Positions 10,243-19,837 of a DNA stretch of 64,000 bases are shown here, one piece after another. The DNA is taken from IMG/VR virus record IMGVR_UViG_3300035208_007487. One strand, given 5' to 3'. The DNA comes from a virus (taxonomy: Duplodnaviria; Caudoviricetes). Under the pieces are notes generated by a model. It had not been told where the DNA came from, did not search any database, and saw only the letters and a list, made by a program, of their open reading frames with translations. How positions within the stretch are numbered: the first letter of the stretch is position 1; every line of letters starts with the position of its first letter. The translations under genes were made by a program, and so were the position numbers.

Positions 10243-10506
10243 TTAGCTAATTTTCCTAACATCTAATAACAAATATCCACCATATTTTGCTTTTTTTCCT
10301 GAAAATAAATAAAGCTCATCTTCTTTAGTTAATTTGTTTTCAGTTTTAACTTTTATAGCAAAAGAAAAGAATTCTTTCATCCTAACATCTATTTTAACAC
10401 TACCCATAAATTTACGAACAATTATATTATTAGCTTTTGCATACATCAAAATAACATTATTGATTCGCCCTGATGCAGCTAAAACTGATTCACTATTATT
10501 TACCAT
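10243..10506 (-). CDS. Hypothetical protein
   Basis: 87-aa ORF in the minus-strand gene chain. Confidence 0.55.
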   Translation of the reverse strand: MVNNSESVLAASGRINNVILMYAKANNIIVRKFMGSVKIDVRMKEFFSFAIKVKTENKLTKEDELYLFSGKKAKYGGYLLLDVRKIS

Positions 10507-10736
10507 TTATGTTTTGGGCATTTTGCCTTATCAAAAGTAGTTTTCTTTCTTAATTCGCTATCCGGCCATATTCTTAATTTAGGGCATGAACACTCTCTGC
10601 AATAGTATCTATCTCCACTAATAACTCTATATTCGCAGCCCATACAAGTTTCTAATCTTTTCATAGCTTCTTCGGGTAGAGCTTCTCCTCCAAATTTAGC
10701 TGTTAAATATTCTTTTGCCATTTCTAAATAGTTCAT
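10500..10736 (-). CDS. Small Cys-rich phage protein
   Basis: CxxC..CxxCxC..CPxxKW pattern. Confidence 0.65.
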   Translation of the reverse strand: MNYLEMAKEYLTAKFGGEALPEEAMKRLETCMGCEYRVISGDRYYCRECSCPKLRIWPDSELRKKTTFDKAKCPKHKW

Positions 10737-10745
10737 ATAACATAT

Positions 10746-11123
10746 TTAGTTCACTAATTCCTTCATTTTTTTAATATCTTTATCGCTAATATATTTACGC
10801 TCATAATATAATTTAGCTTCTCTTAATGAGCATTTTAATGTTTTGCATATTATTACTAATTTCTCATCTGAAGCATCTTTTATTTTTTTAGCTTGTTTAG
10901 GATATGAAAAATACACTTTATTATATTTTCTAATTATTTCATTAGTTACTATAGCTTTTGTATCATCTGGTAATCTACTAAAACTAAGCTTATTCATTTT
11001 AGCGCAAATTGGTAGATATTTAGGAGAAGATGATATAAAAGTCAAAACAGGGAAATAAACATATCCTTCTAAGCTATTACCTCCATTTTTTGAATCATTA
11101 ACAAACTCAAATGGATTTTTCAT
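10746..11123 (-). CDS. Clamp loader small subunit (T4 gp62-like)
   Basis: MKNPFEFVN start and C-terminal CSLREAKLY-type helix typical of gp62. Confidence 0.6.
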   Translation of the reverse strand: MKNPFEFVNDSKNGGNSLEGYVYFPVLTFISSSPKYLPICAKMNKLSFSRLPDDTKAIVTNEIIRKYNKVYFSYPKQAKKIKDASDEKLVIICKTLKCSLREAKLYYERKYISDKDIKKMKELVN

Positions 11124-11418
11124 TTTTTTCCAATAGTGACGTTATTATTGTTTCTATTTTCTTTTTTACATCTTTTCGTTTTGGATAAGTTGGAGATAAT
11201 TCAAATTCTTTACCATATAATTTACAATTATCAGTATTCAATTCTCTATGCCCTTCAATTCTACCAATCCAAAATCCCCACTGAATACGACCATCTTTAG
11301 TTTCTTTTGGAAAGATCTCAGCTAATTCAGTTCCATTAAGTGTATACGAATGGATTAATTCATTAAATCTGCCCCGACTCCACTTAAATTCCTTTTTATC
11401 AGTATTAACTCTTCTCAT
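11107..11418 (-). CDS. Hypothetical protein
   Basis: 103-aa ORF overlapping its neighbour. Confidence 0.55.
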   Translation of the reverse strand: MRRVNTDKKEFKWSRGRFNELIHSYTLNGTELAEIFPKETKDGRIQWGFWIGRIEGHRELNTDNCKLYGKEFELSPTYPKRKDVKKKIETIITSLLEKNEKSI

Positions 11419-11438
11419 ATTAAAATGATAACAAATAA

Positions 11439-12014
11439 TTAATTTACTGTAAATATTTGAGAAATACTTTCAAATTTCTTTTTAAGTTCATCGTATTTTT
11501 TAGCCAATATTGTATATTCTTTCATTTCAATCTTTACACGTCTGCGTACTTCTCGTTCAATTAATTCATATATCTTGCCCAAATAAGTTGGTATATTTTC
11601 TGGGTCTATCTCAATTGATTCTTGAGGAATATTTTGAGGCTGAGGTTGAAATAATCCAGTAATAGGTGAATTAGCTAATTCTTTATTTAATCCTCTGCCT
11701 AATACCACATTTTGAATAAACAATAGCGGCTTAGGTAGCTCTTCTCCAGCATTTTCAGTTTGCCAATCAATGATGAAATCATCTATTTTACCAATATCTT
11801 TACTATTAGTAGATCCATCTAAAACAATACTTGTTAAATATGGAGATATTGAACTAAGAACATCCATTTTAGCTAATCCACTTAATATTTGACTCTCTTG
11901 AGCATTTAATGCTAAGGGAATTTTACTAGGTATTATATTGACTGGAGCGCTATTAGGCGAAGTAACTAATTCATTGGTAGCTTCTTCTATTGGTGCAATT
12001 ATATTATCTTCCAT
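11439..12014 (-). CDS. Hypothetical protein with C-terminal coiled coil
   Basis: 191-aa ORF. Confidence 0.6.
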   Translation of the reverse strand: MEDNIIAPIEEATNELVTSPNSAPVNIIPSKIPLALNAQESQILSGLAKMDVLSSISPYLTSIVLDGSTNSKDIGKIDDFIIDWQTENAGEELPKPLLFIQNVVLGRGLNKELANSPITGLFQPQPQNIPQESIEIDPENIPTYLGKIYELIEREVRRRVKIEMKEYTILAKKYDELKKKFESISQIFTVN

Positions 12015-12624
12015 TTGTATTCCTATTCTTTAAAAAATATGAAAAATCTTCATTTACTTTATTAAGTATCATATCATTTAATTTCGGGTTTAATTTATAA
12101 CAATTACTTAGCATGTGTTTCTTAATAAAATCTTGTGTTAATCCAACACTGCAATCTTCATTAAAGAATTCAACTTTCTTATTAGTAACCCAATAATCAA
12201 TTTCTTCTTGAGCGGTGTTTATATAAGGTCTAATGATATTTTTATATCTATATTGGATTATTTTAGGATTACAATTTATTGAATTCATGACATAATTAAC
12301 AACAACATCTTCTAAAACATTAGCTGTTATTACAAAATTCGGAGAATATTTTGTAAAGTAATCATTTAATATAATAAATTTAGATTCATTATATCTTTTA
12401 TTTTGTTTAGAAGCATCTTCAACTATTAATGGAATATTAAATGTTTTACTAACTCTTTTTAAGAAAGATATTCGTTCTTTTGAATTATCATCCTTAAAAT
12501 CAACATGCAGCATTGTGCATTTCCGGTCAGATCTTGATAAAAAATCAATAACTGCCATTGAATTTTTTCTAGCTGACGTTGCAACTAATATATTGTTTGG
12601 TATTTTCCCTAAAAAATTAAACAC
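12004..12624 (-). CDS. TilS/PP-loop-like protein with degenerate active site
   Basis: ILVATSARKNS (vs SGGxDS), HVDF, TANVLED (vs TAHHLDD), IIRPY follow the TilS N-domain layout. Confidence 0.65.
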   Translation of the reverse strand: MFNFLGKIPNNILVATSARKNSMAVIDFLSRSDRKCTMLHVDFKDDNSKERISFLKRVSKTFNIPLIVEDASKQNKRYNESKFIILNDYFTKYSPNFVITANVLEDVVVNYVMNSINCNPKIIQYRYKNIIRPYINTAQEEIDYWVTNKKVEFFNEDCSVGLTQDFIKKHMLSNCYKLNPKLNDMILNKVNEDFSYFLKNRNTNGR

Positions 12625-12639
12625 TACGAATTCCTTAAA

Positions 12640-12666
12640 ATAAAAAAGCGAGATTAATCTCGCTTT
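12640..12666 (-). terminator. Rho-independent terminator
   Basis: aaagcgagat-ta-atctcgcttt hairpin followed by a U-run on the minus strand. Confidence 0.65.
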
Positions 12667-12938
12667 AATTATATCAAATTTTCATAGACTAATACTATTT
12701 TCTTTTTAATTACTTTAGCAAAGCCAGGATTCACTACTAATAATTTATTAATGTCTAATATAATTTCTCATATGTATACTATCTGCATTATGGCTTATTA
12801 CAAAACTGTAAAAGTAATGCGCTATATGACTAATAATTTTAAAACGTCTTTGAATCTTTGCAATCAGATACAATCAAGTAAATGTATTCCTTAATAATTA
12901 ATCTTAACATTACTTGTATCAAAGAGCCACTCCTTTTG

Positions 12939-13232
12939 TTAACGCTGGTAAATTAGAATCTCTTTCTCATCCAAAACATCATATATATTTCTACCATCAA
13001 TAACTTCAGCTACATTATACTTATTATACCAAACAGTATCCCCAACTTCTATCTGGGAGTTAACCCATTCTCCTGTCATTGCATAGAACCCTTTAGAGGT
13101 AACTAGCACTGTTCCTTTAACAAATTTCTTATTAGGATCTTTATCACTTACTGGAAGAATTAATCCCCCAACGGTAACTTCAGATTTATCTTCTTTAACA
13201 ACGTGTCTTCCGAATGTAGGTAATATGCTCAT
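12939..13232 (-). CDS. groES: Co-chaperonin GroES (gp31-like)
   Basis: ILPTFGRHVVK..TVGGLILP..GTVL..G..VGDTVWYNKY..EKEIL. Confidence 0.85.
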   Translation of the reverse strand: MSILPTFGRHVVKEDKSEVTVGGLILPVSDKDPNKKFVKGTVLVTSKGFYAMTGEWVNSQIEVGDTVWYNKYNVAEVIDGRNIYDVLDEKEILIYQR

Positions 13233-13266
13233 AGTAATCTAATTATAACAATTCTAATATAAGAAA

Positions 13267-13797
13267 TCACACATTACTTGTACTAAATTTCTCTGGATTT
13301 AGGTACATGACCCAATCTTTATTGTTGCGATAATTTGCACAGTCATGTAATATTGCACTAGTTGGTACAAATGGCTTAAATCTCATGTACATCTTAGTTT
13401 CTTCAATAGTAAAATCTGCTTTATATGCATTGCATTTCCTGCAAGCAGTGATGCAATTCATCCAGCTAGTAATTCCACCCTTGCTTCTTGGAACAATATG
13501 ATCAACTGTTAAATCTTTTTCTTTAAATCTCTTACCGCAATAAGCGCAAGTATAATTATCTCTAGCATGTAGGCCTTTTTTACTATATTTTGCCTGAAAA
13601 CTTTTAGTAAAAATAGGGCCACTTAATCTAATCACCGAAGGTAGTTGCCAAGCATCTTTACCAGAATATATACAAACATTGCTATAATGTAAAGTTTCAA
13701 TCTTACCTTTAATTTCTAATTTAATATACTTCTTTAAACCAATTGCAGATAGCGGTTGGTAAGATTGATTTAACAAAAGTATTTTATGATTGGTCAT
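13267..13797 (-). CDS. HNH endonuclease (McrA-like)
   Basis: RDNYTCAYCG..TVDHIVPRSKGG..W.NCITACRKCNAYK. Confidence 0.9.
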   Translation of the reverse strand: MTNHKILLLNQSYQPLSAIGLKKYIKLEIKGKIETLHYSNVCIYSGKDAWQLPSVIRLSGPIFTKSFQAKYSKKGLHARDNYTCAYCGKRFKEKDLTVDHIVPRSKGGITSWMNCITACRKCNAYKADFTIEETKMYMRFKPFVPTSAILHDCANYRNNKDWVMYLNPEKFSTSNV

Positions 13798-14029
13798 CCA
13801 AAGGTTCCCTGATTAATGCCTTAATTTCCCTCTGTTTTAATAAAGCCATTTGGTATAATTCTGAAAAAATATATTTAGTATCCCTCATGTCCCTAAGTAA
13901 ATCTTTAGCATCTTTGTATGAATTAGTTTCATCTACTGATTCATATCTATTTTTAAAATCTTTTAATTTGGATATAGCTAAATCACTGAAAAAATCATAA
14001 CTAATTATTTTGGATTTATCTACACCCAT
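13784..14029 (-). CDS. Hypothetical protein
   Basis: 81-aa ORF, TATAAT 6 nt upstream. Confidence 0.55.
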   Translation of the reverse strand: MGVDKSKIISYDFFSDLAISKLKDFKNRYESVDETNSYKDAKDLLRDMRDTKYIFSELYQMALLKQREIKALIREPLDDQS

Positions 14030-14036
14030 TCATGAA

Positions 14037-15569
14037 TTATATCATAAAATCATTAATAGTTTGTTCTAAAGGTTTAATAATTTTCTTAGTCTTTCTTTCA
14101 TTATCTAAGAAATACTTAACATCTAATACAAAAACTTTAGTATCTGCAATAGTAACTACATATGGATCTGAGGTTTTTGAATCATTTTCTTCATTTGAAA
14201 TTATTGATAAATCTGCATTTACTAAATCATCTTTACTATATACAATATACTTAAAATCTACAAATTCTTTGATTTGATTTATTATATCATCTTTTTTAAA
14301 TTCAGAATTGGTAATTATCTTTACGTTAGGATATTTTGTCAATAATTCTCCAGAAGAGGGATTTTCTAACAATTTCTCGTTCACGTCTGATGTAAAAAAA
14401 TCTTTCCACATCCTCTCAAAACAATAATCTTCTTTAGGATGATCTTTCTTTTCCATAGTGTCTAATATATTCTGATAAAATTCTTTAGAATATTTTAATA
14501 TCTCTTCTCTAGTTGCTCCAAAAACAGATCCAGCTATAAAATTAAAAGAATCTGGGCATTTATCTACAAAATATCTATTCCAACATTCTTCAATATCTAA
14601 ACCTGGATGGTTAGGTAATCCTTTATTTGTATCAGTTGTTTTATATGTACCAAAACTATTAAAACTAATATAATTATTTTTTAATAGCACTAATAAATTT
14701 GGTATTTTTGCAATTGAATCCCCTTTAATAAAGTAAGTATATTCAGGTAAATTGGTATAATTTTCAATTATATATGTTAAATAACATTCAACGCTACTAT
14801 TATTAGATATCCCATTTCCTTTACTATATACACTATAATCTTGGCTTAAATTACTTAACCATCTAGTATCAAAATTATTTTCATTAAATACACATATGTT
14901 TTTTTCTATTAATTCTTTATACTTACTTTCAGGAATAACTAAAGTGTATCCAAAATTATTTCGTTTAGGGTCCATATCATATAAATCATTTATTCCAAGT
15001 CTACTTATCCAAAATTCAGCGCCGTGTCTATTAGTAATACCTTGTATTTGTTTGTTTGGATTTAATAATAGTCGTAAATAGCTACTATTAATCCACCAAA
15101 AATTACCAGAATAATGTGTAGTAGGTGTTTTTTCTACTCTAATACCAAGTGATTTCTTGCCTAAATTCAATAAATTAATACATTTTTTCCATCTAGTTAC
15201 ATTGAAATAAGTCATCCCATCTACCCAGCATTTAATAGGTTCATAATTTTTATCATCTAAAAGAAATCTAGCCCCTTTACAATGCAAATATAATATAGGG
15301 GTATTATGAATATTTACATATTTATCATATAATAGATCTAAAGTAGGCCATTCAGAGTTAGTGTCAGGTATTCTAATAAATTCTACTTTATTTTCAGGAA
15401 TTCCATATAAATTAATCTCTTTTAAATCAATATCAGTGTTGACACAAATATACATCTTATCAATTTTATTACCTAATCCGCTATTAGCAATTTCTGTAAA
15501 GATTCCTTTATTTACTCTATCCCACTCTCCAACTGTCCAAAGATGGTAAAATATTACTGGATTATTCAT
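14037..15569 (-). CDS. Multidomain glycosyltransferase-like protein
   Basis: N-domain YLHCKG/HYSGNFWW/AEFW and a second domain (YLTYIIENY..F..GD..FERMW) resembling putative GT modules of large viruses. Confidence 0.55.
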   Translation of the reverse strand: MNNPVIFYHLWTVGEWDRVNKGIFTEIANSGLGNKIDKMYICVNTDIDLKEINLYGIPENKVEFIRIPDTNSEWPTLDLLYDKYVNIHNTPILYLHCKGARFLLDDKNYEPIKCWVDGMTYFNVTRWKKCINLLNLGKKSLGIRVEKTPTTHYSGNFWWINSSYLRLLLNPNKQIQGITNRHGAEFWISRLGINDLYDMDPKRNNFGYTLVIPESKYKELIEKNICVFNENNFDTRWLSNLSQDYSVYSKGNGISNNSSVECYLTYIIENYTNLPEYTYFIKGDSIAKIPNLLVLLKNNYISFNSFGTYKTTDTNKGLPNHPGLDIEECWNRYFVDKCPDSFNFIAGSVFGATREEILKYSKEFYQNILDTMEKKDHPKEDYCFERMWKDFFTSDVNEKLLENPSSGELLTKYPNVKIITNSEFKKDDIINQIKEFVDFKYIVYSKDDLVNADLSIISNEENDSKTSDPYVVTIADTKVFVLDVKYFLDNERKTKKIIKPLEQTINDFMI

Positions 15570-15604
15570 TGTATAATTTATTTAGATATTATTTAATGCC
15601 AAAA

Positions 15605-15826
15605 TTAGCGACTTCTTTTAGGTATCCAATATATTCCGTTAACTCCAAAATCACGCTTCATTTTATCATCTTTATTAAGCTTATTTGAAAGTAAGCTCAA
15701 ATATTCATCAATTCTTTGAGGTGGCATATGACCAACTGGCACTGAAACAATTAATGCTTTATTTATAATAATAAAATCAAAATCATCTTCAGTGTTTAAT
15801 TGATTAAAAAGTTTCTTAGCTAGCAT
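15605..15826 (-). CDS. Hypothetical protein adjacent to, or interrupted by, the TnpB element
   Basis: The track start at 15880 lies inside the IS end; ATG 15826 is the first start outside it. Contains VPVGHMPPQRIDEYL. Confidence 0.5.
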   Translation of the reverse strand: MLAKKLFNQLNTEDDFDFIIINKALIVSVPVGHMPPQRIDEYLSLLSNKLNKDDKMKRDFGVNGIYWIPKRSR

Positions 15827-16020
15827 TTCCGTTCTAACAAATCTATGCAAAACTATGTTCACCTTGCGGCTCGCACTCAAGATGCAAGGTCTGATTTTGT
15901 GATTTGAATTCTTGTTTCATAGACGAACACTGTTCCAAAAGGAACTGTAACCTTTCATCTCCACAAGCGTAACTTTGCGTGGAACTCACGCTAGATTCAC
16001 CCGAAGGTGAATGTTTGTCA
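15809..16020 (-). ncRNA. Predicted TnpB omegaRNA scaffold plus guide
   Basis: Overlaps the 3' end of tnpB; C-UUCG-G hairpin near 15995-16012 and GCAA tetraloop near 15862-15869; the guide would be the flank from 15828 leftwards. Confidence 0.55.
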
Positions 16021-17236
16021 ACCATCCAAAGACCTAGATATTGTAGATTTTTAGCGGCATTGACATCTCGATCAAGATGCGTTCCACATGAACTACAAGT
16101 CCATTCTCTGTCAGACAGTTTTAAGTCATTATGTTTATGTCCACATATTGAGCAATACTTTGAAGATGCATAAAAGGTTGGAGCCATGATTAAATGGATT
16201 CCATTCCATGCACACTTATATTTCAAAGTATCCTTTATCTTACCAAAGCTAGAATCCAAAACAGCACTTGCTAGTTTGTGATTCTTGGACATATTCTTTG
16301 GTTTTAGTGTTTCAATAACTATGACCTTTGGCTTGGTTCTCACCAAAGATGTTGTTAGTTTATGCACAGTATCATTGCGGATGTCCGCAACTCTTTTGTG
16401 AACTCGCGACAACTTAGTTATTGCTTTCTGCTTGTTCTTGCTCCCTTTAGCTCTACGAGAAACCATTCTTTGATACCTTTTGAGTTTCGCCAAATGTTTC
16501 TTGTATGCTTTAGGATTCTCAAATGTCTCACCTTCTGAGGTGATCGCTAACTCTTTGATACCTAAGTCTACACCTAGAATATCACATTCTTCGATTGATT
16601 CAATTGAAGCCATCACTGGATCTTCAACTGTTTCAGGTAACAAGAAAGATACATACCACCCATCACACTGTCTCGAAACTGTAGCTTGCGACAGCAAGCA
16701 CTTACCTTCAAGAATAGGATAGTTCTTTTCCTTGAGTCTGATCTTTCCAATTCCTGCAATTTGGACATAATTATTTAAAACATACACGTTACTTGAAATT
16801 CTAAATGAATCTCTTTGTCCACGCTTCTTGAATTTTGGATAACCTGACTTCTTAGAAAAGAATCGCTGAAATGCTAGTTGAAGGTCTCTTAATGCCTCCT
16901 GTCCACAGCACTTAGAGGTTTCACGAATCCAAGGAAGCTCTTGTTTTAATAAAACCCAATCTTTGTGCCAATCAATAGCCGATCCAAAAGTAGAAGGGAT
17001 TTTATTTAAACCATACATAGTAGCTAAGGCTTTATTAGCTTCATATTCACCTATAAGTTTATCTAGCTTCCAATTATAGGCAAAGCGAGACGTTCCTGCG
17101 CTTTTAGAGCAGAGAACTCTTTGGCCTTGATTGAGCTTTAGCTCAAGCCTATAACTACGCATCTTCATCTATTATTATTTATTCCTCTTTTTTTATATGA
17201 AATGTTAAGTAGTTTTGCGTAGATTTATTGGAGCAG
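15829..17236 (-). mobile_element. Non-autonomous IS607/IS200-605-like element carrying only tnpB
   Basis: 27-bp imperfect inverted ends (15829-15855 / 17210-17236, 22/27 identical), right end ..AACGG, GC-richer than flanks, no tnpA. Confidence 0.75.
15843..17168 (-). CDS. tnpB: RNA-guided endonuclease TnpB
   Basis: HTH N-terminus (RFAYNW), YPKFKKR, RuvC GVDLG / VIETL / DRDVNAAKN, zinc ribbon CSICG..CSSCG. Confidence 0.93.
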   Translation of the reverse strand: MKMRSYRLELKLNQGQRVLCSKSAGTSRFAYNWKLDKLIGEYEANKALATMYGLNKIPSTFGSAIDWHKDWVLLKQELPWIRETSKCCGQEALRDLQLAFQRFFSKKSGYPKFKKRGQRDSFRISSNVYVLNNYVQIAGIGKIRLKEKNYPILEGKCLLSQATVSRQCDGWYVSFLLPETVEDPVMASIESIEECDILGVDLGIKELAITSEGETFENPKAYKKHLAKLKRYQRMVSRRAKGSKNKQKAITKLSRVHKRVADIRNDTVHKLTTSLVRTKPKVIVIETLKPKNMSKNHKLASAVLDSSFGKIKDTLKYKCAWNGIHLIMAPTFYASSKYCSICGHKHNDLKLSDREWTCSSCGTHLDRDVNAAKNLQYLGLWMVDKHSPSGESSVSSTQSYACGDERLQFLLEQCSSMKQEFKSQNQTLHLECEPQGEHSFA

Positions 17237-17286
17237 CTACTTACCCTTGCATTTATTATATAGAGTTATTATTTTTCTCATTAAAA

Positions 17287-17598
17287 CTATTTAGAAGATT
17301 TTTTATATTCTTTTAATCGTTTTTCTAATATTTTTTCCATTTTAGCTAATTCAGTATAGTATCCTTCACCATCTGGAAGAGGAAATTCAGTCAAATGATC
17401 TCTAGCAATATCTTCAGCTACTTTATGTTTTTGTTTTTGACTTAATGTTTTATTATTTTTTACATGCTCTTGCTCAACTTTAATACCCATAGCTAATTCT
17501 TTTTTAGATATTGGATGAGTATTATCCCCTATTCCGCCATGTATTGGATTTTTATTATCAAACGATTCATAAATAAACCCATTATATAATAATTTCAT
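17287..17598 (-). CDS. Conserved phage protein (GIKVEQEH..DHL.E..YY motif)
   Basis: Motif pattern of a small conserved phage family; TAAATA upstream. Confidence 0.6.
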   Translation of the reverse strand: MKLLYNGFIYESFDNKNPIHGGIGDNTHPISKKELAMGIKVEQEHVKNNKTLSQKQKHKVAEDIARDHLTEFPLPDGEGYYTELAKMEKILEKRLKEYKKSSK

Positions 17599-17603
17599 AT
17601 AAT

Positions 17604-18500
17604 TTATTTATTAAATAGCTTTATTTTATTTATAAACTGTTTGCTGGGGATATTAGATATAATATTATATGCAGAATTAATTACTTCATTTAAACTAACA
17701 TTTAACACACACTCTGGAGTGATTTTATTATCACATCTATATATTCCATCGCAATTATTCATGCAAAATCTACAGCCATTACTATTTGATACAATTGGTT
17801 TACAATATGAAGCATAAGGCATCCTAAATTCAGGTGAAACTAAATTATATAACACAATAGCTGGAATATTCATAGCAAAAGCCACATGTGACATTCCAGA
17901 ATCGCCTCCAATAAATAAATCAGATAAAGATATTACGGCTGCGCTATCTAAAAAATCAGTGCATCCAACTAAATTGACAATATTTTCATTCTCTTCAAAT
18001 GAATAATCAGCATTAGCTCCAACAAGTATTATTCCTATATTTAATTCATTAAGAGTATTTATTAGAACATTCCAACGATCTCTAGGCCATATTCTGAATA
18101 TACTAGTGGCAGAGCAATGTATTGTAATTAATTTATCTTTACTAAATAATCTACTTATTTTATCTAGCACTCTATTATAATTATTAAATGTTGGATATAA
18201 GGTAGGTCTAAAAAAGCTAGGATTATTAATTTTAGCAGTAAAATAATAACTAGCTAATATATGTTTATTTCTTTGAGATTCATATGAATTATCTAAATCT
18301 ATTATTTCTTCATCATTTGGCATATATTCATAATCATAGATTTCATTTATAAATGGGTTATTTTCTAAGGGATCTTTACGTGAAGTCATTACACTAACTT
18401 CGCATTTCTCAATAACTGCAAAATGCTCAATTAATGGAGTTACCCATATTACATCTCCTATTGCCATTTCTCGTTTTATTAAAATATGACGCTTACCCAT
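17604..18500 (-). CDS. GT9 (heptosyltransferase RfaF-like) glycosyltransferase
   Basis: AIGDVIWVTP, R.WP, NLVG, FIGGDSGMSHVAFAMNIP. Confidence 0.85.
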   Translation of the reverse strand: MGKRHILIKREMAIGDVIWVTPLIEHFAVIEKCEVSVMTSRKDPLENNPFINEIYDYEYMPNDEEIIDLDNSYESQRNKHILASYYFTAKINNPSFFRPTLYPTFNNYNRVLDKISRLFSKDKLITIHCSATSIFRIWPRDRWNVLINTLNELNIGIILVGANADYSFEENENIVNLVGCTDFLDSAAVISLSDLFIGGDSGMSHVAFAMNIPAIVLYNLVSPEFRMPYASYCKPIVSNSNGCRFCMNNCDGIYRCDNKITPECVLNVSLNEVINSAYNIISNIPSKQFINKIKLFNK

Positions 18501-19209
18501 TAATATACCAATCCTTTATTGATAAATTAGCAATATTTGCAGTGTCTTTGGTATAATTACTAATAGTATTGCTATTGCTTTGCCAAGACATAGCTAAATA
18601 ATGTGATAAATAACGAGGATTCATTTTTATATTAAATATTTTTAAATTACAACTACTAATATCTTCATAAAAAGTAGCTCCAACATCGTACCTTCTAACT
18701 TTACCTTTTGGTACGTCTGATTTCATAGTATAAAATCCTTGGGATTCTGTTGATATTACTTTATTAATATTAGTATACATAATTTTATTGTTTTTTATAT
18801 TTTCGACATTTATGAATGAAAAATAAGGATGAATTCTTGGGTGCATTAGCCATCCACATGAATCCCCTATTTCTTCCCCAGCTAATGTAATATCATTATC
18901 AATAAAATATTGAATCTCCTTAGTTATATTATTTTTAAATATAACATCAGTGTCAACTAAAATGGCATACTTTGTTCTACATAATTTCAAACCTAACTCA
19001 ACTCCTTGATAATGAAGTGAATTTGGATTTCTATAAAAAGGAATATTACTTTCATGCAATAATTCCGCAGTATCTTCATTAGTAGAATTATCAATGAGTA
19101 ATAGTTTATTTGTAATATTATAATTAATATGCTTCCATGATTTAAGCATAGTTAATGTTACTTTAGGAGTGTCATAGCTACAGGTAATAAGAGTAATATC
19201 AAAGCTCAT
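18493..19209 (-). CDS. GT2/GT-A glycosyltransferase
   Basis: ITCSYD, LLIDNS, DxD motif LVDTD. Confidence 0.8.
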   Translation of the reverse strand: MSFDITLITCSYDTPKVTLTMLKSWKHINYNITNKLLLIDNSTNEDTAELLHESNIPFYRNPNSLHYQGVELGLKLCRTKYAILVDTDVIFKNNITKEIQYFIDNDITLAGEEIGDSCGWLMHPRIHPYFSFINVENIKNNKIMYTNINKVISTESQGFYTMKSDVPKGKVRRYDVGATFYEDISSCNLKIFNIKMNPRYLSHYLAMSWQSNSNTISNYTKDTANIANLSIKDWYING

Positions 19210-19225
19210 AATTAAAAATATTTAT

Positions 19226-19810
19226 CTAAAAAATATGCCCAATTAAATACCCACTCAAAAATAATATAACTCCTCCTAGTATGGTATTCTTCTTGCTTAT
19301 GATGGCTCCATTTGAGTATCCACTATCATAGGCGCTCTTTACTACAATCTTGGATGCGTCTAGTGCCGAATCACTTAATTTAACCATATTTGACACTGTA
19401 GTTGTGCATATTCCAAGTTGAACATTGGTTATGCTTAATTTACTAGAATCTCTTACGAATTTATTATTCAATTCTATTGTTTTTGTTATTTGAGAATATC
19501 CTACATTAGTTGAAGTGCCATCTAATTTATTAATAGGAAAAATACTATCAAATACTTTCTTTTCTTTACTAGTATCTGTAGCTAATTTAGTTAAATAAAT
19601 ACTATCTAATACATAAGCAGTGTCTATTCTTAGCTTATTTTGACCTAATTTATATAACGTATCAGTATTATGAACATATAATGTTTCTATTTTAGATTTA
19701 GAGCTATCAATAGAACCTAAATCAACATGTTTAGTTGATCTATTTGTAAAAAATAGAATACCAAAAACTACAGCTAATATTGCAAATATACCTAACATCC
19801 AATTTTTCAT
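19226..19810 (-). CDS. Membrane protein (possible spanin-like)
   Basis: Hydrophobic helices at both termini. Confidence 0.5.
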   Translation of the reverse strand: MKNWMLGIFAILAVVFGILFFTNRSTKHVDLGSIDSSKSKIETLYVHNTDTLYKLGQNKLRIDTAYVLDSIYLTKLATDTSKEKKVFDSIFPINKLDGTSTNVGYSQITKTIELNNKFVRDSSKLSITNVQLGICTTTVSNMVKLSDSALDASKIVVKSAYDSGYSNGAIISKKNTILGGVILFLSGYLIGHIF

Positions 19811-19837
19811 AGCAACCTCGTATATTACTATTTATTG

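Noticed and set aside
12667-12938. Possible gene or pseudogene between groES and the TilS-like gene
   Set aside because: Only short interrupted frames with no recognisable motif
17239-17244. GTAAGT at the TnpB element left flank resembling a spliceosomal donor or an IStron
   Set aside because: Prokaryotic phage context, and the ~70-nt leader is too short for a group I intron core
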